A stretch of DNA of 64,000 bases from Antedon mediterranea (lineage: Eukaryota > Animalia > Echinodermata). Positions 53,250-64,000 of the stretch are shown piece by piece. A model generated the notes under the pieces. It was not told the DNA's origin. It made no database searches and was given only the letters and a program-made list of their open reading frames with translations. Both the position numbers and the translations under genes were made by a program. The stretch spans positions 11,284,001 through 11,348,000 of the forward strand of contig NC_092674.1 of NCBI RefSeq assembly GCF_964355755.1, in the 5' to 3' direction. How positions within the stretch are numbered: the first letter of the stretch is position 1; every line of letters starts with the position of its first letter.

Positions 53250-53806
53250 AGATGTATTGTCCCTTGAAACACAAAAAAAATGAAGGTCAAAATATTCTAA
53301 ATTTAAAGTGGCCATATCAAAGTAATATTAAAGTTATTCACTTTAAGTTGAAAATTCGAGCCAAAAACAACAAGTTTACGTAATTAACAGGTAAATTAGT
53401 TTTATTACATTTCATCTGGAAAATCGTCACGAGCGAAAGTAGACAAAGATTTCAAACCATGAGTACGCATTATGCATATGCTAAATTAGGATTGTTTACA
53501 ACTCGTCACGGTTAAGAAGGTATTTTCACACAGATCATGAGGAAGTTTTATGATTATGCATACAGAGTAGCCAAACAAGGCGCGTTTCATTATGGGATAT
53601 GTTTTGATTGAAAACTTTGACTGGAAGTCAAAGCTATTTTTTTAACAAAAAAACGTCTGTATTTCAGTTAAATTTCTTTTTTGTCGAAAAATATTTTGGT
53701 GATACTGATAGTTAATAACTATTATGATACTTCAAAATGACCCACCTTCTTTCAAAATTTTTTATTTTTTATTTTTTTTCGAATTAGTCAAAAGGACAAT
53801 ACATCT
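53250..53806. mobile_element. TTAA-flanked Kolobok-like MITE
   Basis: TTAA|AGATGTATTGTCC ... GGACAATACATCT|TTAA. Confidence 0.85.
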
Positions 53807-56800
53807 TTAAGGAATTTAATAGTTGATTTACTTTCTTCTATTAATCGTTAATCGTTTCCTTATTTGGCAAAATGATTGCAAAATATGCTTGCTTTGTAAG
53901 CAATAATAATAATTATTAGACGGTCAAATAGTCAAGATGTTATTGTTGGTCAACAGTTAAAACTTTACATTATGTTTCAGCTAAACGTTGCACAGCGATA
54001 TCCAGTTAAATGGCGTTTCAATACCCTCAATTTGGTGTTTCTAATTGTCTTTTTAGAACAAAAAATTAATTAAAAATATCAATCTGCGTGAAATGTATGC
54101 TGGTATTTATTTTTGCATAAAATGCAATTTGTGACCTTAACTTAGATAAATAAAACACAGAGAAGGTGTCTTTAAGTGTAGTAATAGAAATAGATATCTT
54201 TGGATTTGTAGCTCCATGTTTGCACACATTAAGACATTCATAAAAGAAACATGAATGGATTAGGCGAACGGATCTTTGAGATTTAACATGAAAGATTACT
54301 TTCAATGTGTCACTAAAGCTGGGTCAGGGGTCAGTCAAAGTAACTCAAAAATAATGTGAGAAAATTAATTATTGTTAGCATTTGAGGTGAGATGTTCATT
54401 ATGCTACAGTTGTTTTACAAAATTAGTATGCCATTAAATTGGTTAGACTTGTGGAATAAAGTTCAGATTCAGATTCCAATTTAAAATATAAAGAGAATTC
54501 ATTTTGAAGTAAAAATCACAAATTGAATAAAACTAGTCTTATAGTCTTGATAATCAAATAATAGATACTTCTTTTTTTAAGAATTTAAAATAACATGGAA
54601 AAATAAACCATTAGTCAATGTACTTCCACAATCTAACCTTGATATGTTATGTTGTTTTGTAGAAGATGCTATATTGTTAATTTCGTGATGAATTTTTTTT
54701 TCTTTCTGTTTTGTATGTTTTGTACATGGATGTCGTACTACAGTATTGGAAATAAATGAATGAATTGCAAATGAAAAAATAAATTATTTAAGTTTTAAAA
54801 GTTTGCATACATGATAGAGTACAATACAATTACAATACTAGTGTTGCAGCCCATGGGTTATCATAATGTTACTACTGTACATGTAATATTAATATGCTCC
54901 AATGTTAAATTTAATTTACATTTATTTTTTCTACCAGAACCAACAAAGTATACTCAGTTGTGAGGGGTGATGCTCACTATTTAGTTGGAAATGGATATAC
55001 AGTATTTATAACATTAAGTCATGTTTTTGGTATCAGGATGTAACAACAAATGTATACAAATGGTATAAATATTTCAAATTCATACACTAAAAACATTTTT
55101 TTTTTTATTTGTATTCATTAGTACAGTAGCATTTATAATGTACTAGAGCAGTTGCCAAACAATATGAACAGTTTATATTCTAAAGGTGTATTATATTGTT
55201 GTTTTTAATAAACTTATATTCAAATTGGCATATTGATATTATCTATTGCAAAACCGAAGTACTGAAATCACGGAATCTGTGCATGTAATCGATGAATTTT
55301 TTAAGCATAAAAAGCCGACAGGTCAGACAAATTACCGGCAATGAACTTCAAACAGATAATAAATCAAATAATGCAAGGCAAATTGAATTGATCAAAATAC
55401 AAAGTAACATTTATTTTGACCTTATTTTCGACTAAATTTTATTAGTATTACTGTATTTTATGTGGTTTTCCATGTACTTGAGCCGTTTTATACTTCAAAT
55501 ATAACAAACAAAAAAATGTTATAGTATAAGTACAGTATACCTGTATTAAGGGTCTTTCACACCTGATTCCGACACGCTTCTGGTTTCCACGTGGGTATGC
55601 ACCAATTGAAACACGTTCAATTTGATTTGCTTATGCCAGGACTGTGCCAGACCTTTTATGGAGGTGAGGAGAAAAAGATAAGAAAATTATGAAAAGGGGA
55701 GGATAATAAATACGGAAATATGAACATTGAGAATTTACAAATATTAATGATTAAAATATATTTATCATGATAATATTATTATATGAAGAAAAAAAATATA
55801 CGAACGTTTGTAAAGAATTCACAAGAATGTGTGCCGTTGATCTAAACATATAAATTAAAAGTTAGATAGATAATTAGCATGTAAATTTGTTGTTAAATGC
55901 TAAGATGTAAATGCAGTGTAAACAAGAAATATTTCTTACAAAAAACGCCGCTCGACATTTGAACATTAATCATTGAATAATTTATAATTATTAAAAAGAT
56001 GTCCTTTAATCGCAGCAGTACATAAAAATCACAGATTCTTTAATTGTGAATCACATGCCTATTTTTTCACTAGTTAATTGTATACACAGCATTTGAAAAA
56101 AGACATGTGTACCTTTCCAACAAATGTATTATTTTCCAACAAATATTAATCTAATAATTCGAAAATGGCATTTAAAAATTGTCAATTTTGAACTTCAATG
56201 TGCTGTAGCCTGTTTGTGTGTGATCTCAACCTGTACTGTAGGCATGCAACTGAATACCCTCTAGAGACAACGTGACTTCACGGTCGTATACAAGTGAGAA
56301 AATTCTTCCCAGTGTGTTGATTCGCGTCAACCAATCAAAGGGCGAGAAATCCAAAATCGTTCAACTGTGAGCCCTCATAGACTCTCTTTTTGCAGACGTT
56401 GGGTCAAGCAGCTGGGACCTATAAATTATAGTCAAGTTTACAAATTTGCAAAACTGTCAGCCTTAGATACTAAAGCTACCGCTATTAAACAGCTTATTAA
56501 TGAATATGTCCTCCTGGGACATAGCTGGCTACAGCCGCGGCGCGAAAAATAATACTGTATTGTTGTAGTACTGTAGGTATACCCTGTAACAGTACAAACC
56601 CTCCATTGTTACACCTTTATTCAGTGGGCAACCTGTATTAAGAGGACATATTCCTGTGACACAAATGAGTGTTAATATATCAGGAGAGTAACCAGCAGGG
56701 GACAATATGTTGAGTCCTAAAGATTGTTTTTGAAACTTATAATGGTGCTAAAAATACAAATTATAAAGTGAATATAAAAATGTTTGTGTTTTTATCAAAT

Positions 56801-57806
56801 AATGTGATTTTAGAAACCTTATCCTATTAATATTAACATATTTGAACTACAGACCCTGATTTTTACGTACGCTAATGGTTTTTATATGAATTCCATTTTA
56901 ATTCAAAGTAAAATAATCTTGATAAAAATTAAAAATTCCAATTTATATTCAAATTGCCCAAATTAATGTCATGGATTTTCTACAAAAATAATAATTGATC
57001 AGTGATGATTGAGAATATGTAAAATACAAAAAAATATATAATAAGACATATTTATATATGTATAGTATATAAAACAAGATGTAATTGCTATAAAATCCCT
57101 AAGGCCTACATAAAAAAATTGATTAATTCAGATGTCACCTCTGTTTTAGATTTGTATATTTTATTGTATCCGGCTACAGACTTATTTCATTACTACTCTA
57201 TCTGTAACTTCTATCATATGTTATAATAATCATGATTTCTTTTCTATTTTTTGTTCAATTTCCATCATCAATTTTTCTTATAATTTTTTAGTTTATTTAT
57301 TAAAGATGAATATATATCCTATATAATAATGAAAGATTCAAATTAACTTTTGATTACTGTACAATGACCATTCAAAGTCAGACAAATTAAAAGCTGAAAA
57401 TTGTAAAACATGTTTTCTAGTTGATATTGAGTTACGGCGAGTTGTGTTGAATTTGGGTAAGTTAACCAGATTCAGCAATTTTACTGGAAAATACAATTTG
57501 CATAGTTTGGACCACTGAAATGTTAAAGATTGGCAGGAAAATCAACATTAGAAATCATTCAAACGATTCCAATCTTTCTTCAACTATACGATCGTTAAAA
57601 CTGATTAAATGGTTCACAAAAGGTACAACATTGTATTTTGTGGATAAAATACGTACGGGCTGATACTTCTTGAATTCTCACAAAATGTCTATTTTTCACC
57701 TTTTTTTGTATACTTTTGTAAGGTCTGATTTTGTTAAATTACTAAATTAAAAAAATGTTTGTCTTTAATTTATGCATAGAATAAGATATCATCATAAACA
57801 TGTCTA

Positions 57807-57937
57807 AGGCCAATTTACACAGAAAAACCATGGGTGCTTGAGTGAAAATTAACCACTCATGATAAATACAGCTTCTATGTGGGAAAATCTACATGGTTTT
57901 CCTGTACCGTTATCTTTTTTCTGTGTCAATTTAGGCT
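57807..57937. mobile_element. Short Harbinger-like MITE
   Basis: AGGCCAATTTACACAGAAAAA ... TTTTTCTGTGTCAATTTAGGCT. The same left end occurs at about 6163. Confidence 0.5.
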
Positions 57938-57961
57938 TGCTTGTAGCATCAGTAGCCAATT

Positions 57962-58134
57962 CAGGGAAAAGATTATTTTAAATTTTGTTTAGCAAAATTG
58001 CTAATCAAACTGATTTTTGAGTCGAGAACCATATTTTTGTATTGTATTTTTTGCTACACAATTTTTAAAATGTGTAGCAATAAGGTTGTTTTGTATAGCT
58101 TTTTGCTATGCTAAACTGGCGAAATTATTGCCTG
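57962..58134 (+). mobile_element. CAGG...CCTG (hAT-like) MITE
   Basis: Paralog of 8490-8632 with termini CAGGGAAAA / TATTGCCTG. An 8-bp TSD is not recognisable. Confidence 0.65.
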
Positions 58135-61100
58135 ACATTTGAATTTTTACATGAAGCGCATGACAAGCCTTGGTTTTGCTTCATGTCTATGTTTCAAGAG
58201 AGTTTACAATAATGAATCTATAGTGCTGTACCCTCTATTGCCTAATAAACCATAGAGTAAAGAATCTTTACCCTATGCCTAAACCAAGATATATTAATTA
58301 ATATTACATGAAATATGTGCTTTTTGTAACAAAAATAATTGGTGAATGTGGAAGTGAAGAGAGGATGCAACAAAGTAAAATGTGTATCCACCATAACAAA
58401 AAACAGACGAAAAATTGAAATTTAATTTAAAATAATTAATATAGAAAACAGAAAGTATAATTCGGAAATTTCTACTATAGAATCTTTAAAGTCTACTACG
58501 TTTATAAAATGTATATCAAATAATTAACATTTTCGTAGTAAAACTGAAATATTAAACTCCACTCTTGTGTTTGTACATTAATTTTAGAATTAATCTATGT
58601 GAAATTGAAATGCTAATCCATACCTGAGCACAATGGTATGTTATTGAATCCTAATCCCTAGCTTTAGACGGCTGCGTTGTATTTAAATTAGCATATACAA
58701 TATTGTAGCAGTGTGCTGCTTACTATGAAAGTTCACATTAAGTTGTTCATTTTCACTGACTATGCAATGTTAATTTTTTCAATTTCAAAAGAAAGAAAAC
58801 AAATAATGATAAATAAACAAAAACTTGCTTGAGTATTAATACTTTATGTGGTTAGTAAAAACCTAAAGTTCAACGCAAACAACACAGCTCAGTTAGACTT
58901 CCCACGTTGTGATGTAAGTCGGTATTTGGTTGCGAATGCCATAAAAGCACACTTGTTGTAATGACTACATATATTCTTATAAAAAACGCTGAATGCCTTG
59001 TAATTATGTAGAAAGAAAGTCTAATTATAATTCTAATTAATTTCTTTTTAATGAATGTCAATTTAAAACTTCTGTAAGATCTCTGGTGCCTGAGCAAAGA
59101 AGCCCTTATCATCTTTTTGGTCTTTTTATTTTCCTTTTTGTCATTCTTTTACCAACGTATTTGTATAATTCCCGTTTTTTAGGTGTGAGGGCTTCATGCC
59201 TGTTTATTAAAAACAAATTGATTTAAGATTATTTCTACGTGGAGTTAACATAAGAGGATCTCTTTCAGACCTCTGCGTAGTAGGACACATGGTTTTCATT
59301 CATGTTTTCTTGGTGAACATACATCGTTTTTGTTGAATATTAAAGACTTTAGTTCCAGAAAGTTACCGCATTTTTACTACAGGAGTTGAAACTTTATGTT
59401 CATTGAATCTGGTTAACTTACCCAAATTCAACACAACTCGCCGTAACTCAATGTCGACTAGAAAACATGCTTTACAATATTCAGCTTTTAATTTGTCTGA
59501 CTTTGAATGTTCATATTGTACAGTAATCAAAAGTTTATTTGAATTTTTCATTATTATATAAGATATATATTCATCTTTAATAAATAAACTAAAACTGTCA
59601 TTAAAAGTATAAGAAAAATTTTCTATAAATTAATATTTAGTAATAGTATTAGTAGTAAAGAAAACATTGTTGTAGCTTACAATCTGAAATAAACAGAAAA
59701 AATACAAGAATAAATAAGAATAATAAATAAACATGTAAGAAAGATAAGAATCCTCAAGAGGAATCAACTGGAATAAGTCATAAAGATTTAGTACCAATCA
59801 ACAAGCTAAATTATCTTTTAATGAGCCGAGTAGGCAGATTCTTTATCAGCTATACATGGCAAATCAATGCTTTCAAGTTCACAAATGCTCATACAGATGT
59901 ACCAGAAGATGACACTAGATGCCCGCTTCATCAGCCAAGCATTCTCAATAAATGGAGCGTTAAAAGAAAAACACATGGGCCATTGATGGAGGTTTCTTTG
60001 ATGTACAGATAGTAATAATTAGAAATTCAGCATTTTACATCATGGTGCAATTCCCTAAAATATTGGTAATCATTTAAATTTACAGATTATTTCTTTGGTT
60101 TGTGTTTAAAAGTGTGTATATAGGAATCATCAATAACTTATTTCTAAATCAAATAAATAAATAAAAAGTTTTAAAAGATGACATTCTACCAATTTAAGTT
60201 TTTCTGTGGAAAATTCGAAAATGTCATGATTCAAGCAAAAAGTCCATGCAGACATTAAAATGGTATATTCTTGAACATCTTATTTTCTGCTGAATTATGA
60301 ACAAGATCAAATTATTAAAATTGGCTGTTTTCCCCAATTCTGGCATATTGTAGGCCTACTTGATACTAAAGTACATTGAGACAACAGTTGAGAAAAAATT
60401 TAAAAGTAATTCTAGGGTTGGATTCGAACAGCAGTATTTAATTTAATACAACACAAGTTTTCTTCTACCAAGCTGGCCAACCAATAACAAATTTGAGAAT
60501 TAATACATTACTTTATATTAAAACTATCCAATAAGAATAAAGCATGCATTTAAAAAACACACCAAAAAAAAACAACCGTGAAGTAGGCCTATCTTGAATT
60601 TAAACAAGGCAAAATTATACAAAACACAAGGTATTTCAACTAAATGAAAAGACACCAGTCAATATCTCCTCTGCCACAACTCAATTCTCAATCTCATTAT
60701 TGTAGTTCACAGTTGGTCATTTGCGGACAAGACCTTGTGTACAACATCTTCCTACCGCAAACCACAGCTGTGTTAACTGTTTTATATTTGTATAAAGAAC
60801 CATCAAGGAAACACCTTTGGGAACCAAAAAAAGTGTCCCCTTATAACTTCTTGCTTCTCTCGATAAAGGATCTTCTAAATAGTGGGTTAGCCATATTGTT
60901 TAAGACATTCCCCTTCCATTAATTTCAAAGTAAAGTGTCCTGTTAATGAGGTCCCTGAATGTCTTAAAGGAGTGGTGCTACTGTGTTCATAAGCTTTTTT
61001 ATATACGATTTATGAATTTTCAGAAATTTGAATTTGACAAGAGTTTTAAAAATTAATAATATTATCAATAATAATACATCTTATAGTTTCTTCAATGACT

Positions 61101-63214
61101 TGAGGATTCATTGTGTATCTCTCATAAGAAACGCTAAAAAGGTATAAATAATTATGCAGTAAAATGTGGTGGCAATAACAATAACATTCTGCTGCTGTAC
61201 TTTAATCCTATGGCTTAAGAATTCCGGTTTGCAAAATCAAGGCATCCGATAACCAACAGATCACAGTTCCCAGGGCCTGATAGAAATAGTTTTTATAAAC
61301 AGTAATCCCTAGGATCAATCTACTTCAATAAAAACTACATCAGCAAGTAAGAAAAAAACCAACAAAGTATCCGTCGTCTACTTTAGTTCATCTGCAAATG
61401 TCAAGCTAGGTCATACCTGACGGTACGTCATGTGACTTGCGCACAGTGTTTGATGGGTTCATACCAATCTGTGCTATCACTGTACATTACATTATTACAT
61501 CTGAAGTGTATTAATGTTAATAATATCTTATAGTTCAGTTGGTCGTCGTTCATTGACGCGGAACTAGATATCAATCATATTGGTGTGGATCTATCATGTG
61601 TTCACATAACTTGCTTCATTGAATCCCAATTGTATGAAGACAATTCACTAATAATCACAATTTGATGAGAAGAATTTTGGATCTATTTTCTTATACTCTG
61701 TTTGTTGGTTTATTAGTATAATAAATGTTTATGCAATGGTACAAATATTGTCATGAAGTTTAACTGAAATGAAAATATTTGTCCCATTGCACAAAAATAA
61801 AAATGTTCATACTGTAACATCAATAGTAGGCCTATAGATAATGCAATAGAACAATAAAATATAACATTTACCATGCAATAGAACAAATAGTGAATAAAAC
61901 TTAACAAAATTAACCAATCAGATAACAAGAATACACTGGATTTGAAATTGTTGTCATAATAGTAACAAAAGAATATCCTTAAATAGTCCTTTTAACTCAT
62001 ATTCTTCTATCTATCTATTCCACTAATTAATGTAAAAATTTATTATGTGGAATCCAATTACCAACATCCAAATAAGTTTTTGTTTACTCTCCTCACTTTA
62101 TCATGGTTCTCCATTCACTACCTGTATGCCAGTCACCTTTGCAAATTTCTTTTTTTTTTGTACACAAAGAACTCACATGATCAGCTGAATTGAATTCACT
62201 ATACCAGACAGATCAGAAAGCAATCAGGTAAAACTTAGGTTAAATGTATCAAAAATCTTTTGTAAAGTGACAACCAAATTGAAGTAACAGGTTTTGAATT
62301 TGACGTCGTGCACTGACTGAATGTGTTAATGGCGCATCAGTTCACAGATTTACGAGTAGCAAACACGTCTTCCAGTAAATGCCCATAGGCTATTGGATGT
62401 GGCGTTTGTAATCTTGTCACAACGGATTGATTAAAATCATGATTAAAAACAAAAATACATAAAAATGTCTAATGAGCATATTATAATTGGATATCGCATG
62501 GGTTACTTGTTATTTTAATGATACACCTGCAAGCCTTTACAATTATAAAAGTCAATTAGCATTTGTAAAACAAAAATCAAACAGAAAATGACAATGAGTC
62601 TGTAGAAATTTATTCTGAAAACATTTTCAGACTTGTGTATAGTATAGTATACTGCAAGATTTTTAATAGGAAATAGGAGGCAGCAGACAATAATTTAAGT
62701 TTAAATAAGGTAAGGTAGTCTTCATTGACACCGTTCAAATGCAAACCTTTCAACTCTCCCAATAATCGAGTCATCCTCCCATTAATGTATTTTGTCGCCC
62801 TCTATTGTTTGGTTAGAAGACTTGAACCTGTACTGATTTTATAGATGGTTTTCCGTTCAGAGACACTTGAGTTATCAGAATGAAATGAACTTCTTCTACA
62901 CAAGCCAGATGTATACTCTGACTTAAAGCTTCAGTTTAAAGTTCTTATCTGAGAAGACTTGAACCTGTGTCAATTAATAGTTATGGTTTCTTGTGCACCT
63001 GCCTACCAATTGGCCAGTCAACTCATCAGAACTATGTTTGGCAGCAGAGCTCAGTAGAAGCGCATTTGCTAACAAAAAATTAGTATTATGTCATTCATCA
63101 AAGTTGACGTACTTAGTAGGTAGTGATAATAGATAATAATTGCCAATTTTTGGTATTGTTTTTTAAATTTTAATTGATGCTGCTTACTATAAGAACATAT
63201 CAATTTGATAACCT

Positions 63215-63410
63215 CTCTCTTGTACTTCTGCCCTTCATTGGTTACCTAACAAATTGAATTGATTCTTGCTTACAAGGCACGGCACAGCCTCCAACTAGCT
63301 ACCTATCTAAGCTTGTGCAGATTTACTTATGTCAGACTCCAAATACTACAGAGTTTTTATAATTTTGCTGTGGCAGCTGCAAAGCTGTGCAATTCCTACC
63401 ATTTTCAACA
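63215..63410 (+). mobile_element. Old L2 LINE C-terminal relic
   Basis: ALHWLP ... ILAYKARHS...YL ... FAVAAAKLCNS resembles the L2 pattern LHWLP..LLTYKALH..YL..FSVAAPKLWNS. Confidence 0.65.
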
Positions 63411-63460
63411 GACATTTATTTATTTATTCTTTCTTTTGACTGGATTGCATTTTCAGTTAA

Positions 63461-64000
63461 AGCCCCATTCCCTACGTTTTTTAGATCTAATTTAAGATCA
63501 CAAACTATATTTAATGTAAAAATAATACTATATGGTCCTATTGCGATAACTTTTTTCGTCTTTAAACGGTTAAAAATGTGAAAAATAAGCCGATTCTAAT
63601 AATTATAGCGGCCCGCTATAAATCCCAAAATGCATTGCGCGCGGATTGATATTTTTGTTTTTCACCTGTAATTCGCTCACTTTTCGATCGATCGTGAGGC
63701 CAAAACAAATGGAAGACTCCTAACTTTTCAGCGAAAATACCGGGTTTTCCCCAATTTGTATCAACGGAGTCTGGCAAAAATAGAAAGACAATTAATACAG
63801 CAACTATACAACGTCAGGCTAGGTATATAGGTCGCATACGATGTTCGTACGTTTACCGATGTTTACCAGCTAGGCCTACAAAACTAAGCCTAGCTAGGCT
63901 AGGCCTAAGACCGTCCACGAGAGGTCGATCGCCGCGAGCTACTTAGGTAGTGCATTGTTTCTCACTTTTTATCATAATTTACCATAAAACGTACATTTAA
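63461..64000. mobile_element. Kolobok-like MITE, uninterrupted copy running off the window
   Basis: TTAA|AGCCCCATTCCCTAC start. Reverse complement of 30331-30763 plus 27722-27748, with 89 extra bp at 63848-63936. Confidence 0.9.

Larger units (their letters stand above)
57271..59620. repeat. About 200-bp inverted repeat pair (57271-57474 / 59404-59620) with a 1.9-kb spacer
   Basis: The arms are reverse complements at roughly 90% identity, e.g. GAGTTACGGCGAGTTGTGTTGAATTTGGGTAAGTTAACCAGATTCA. Confidence 0.92.

Noticed and set aside
38-63581. Remaining 60-120 aa ORFs in the supplied track
   Set aside because: F/I/L/K/N-rich composition typical of random AT-rich DNA, many with non-ATG starts and no recognisable motifs.

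Overview
AT-rich (roughly 30-33% GC by eye) animal genomic DNA, most likely an invertebrate. A Deu/Nin-domain SINE and CR1/L2-group LINEs are present, and there is no prokaryotic gene organisation. The window is almost entirely intron-like or intergenic. The only long protein-coding content is a 5'-truncated, twice-frameshifted non-LTR retrotransposon (27749-30330, minus strand) that inserted with a 7-bp TSD into a TTAA-flanked MITE; an uninterrupted copy of that MITE at the right edge shows the empty site. The rest is a mosaic of non-autonomous DNA transposons (PIF/Harbinger-, Kolobok-, Tc1/mariner/pogo- and TGT..ACA-type), LINE 3' ends, SINEs, a Penelope GIY-YIG relic and short duplications. 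One convincing 141-nt symmetric exon (45868-46008, +) suggests the window lies inside a gene with very long introns. The most striking unexplained signal is the saturation of the DNA with TACAGTA/TACTGTA (about 65-70 copies by hand count) and TAGGCCTA (16 copies). Two filled/empty repeat pairs inside the window show TA versus TA-CWG-TA, the form of a Tc1/mariner excision footprint. No tRNA, rRNA, CRISPR or confidently nameable host gene was found.
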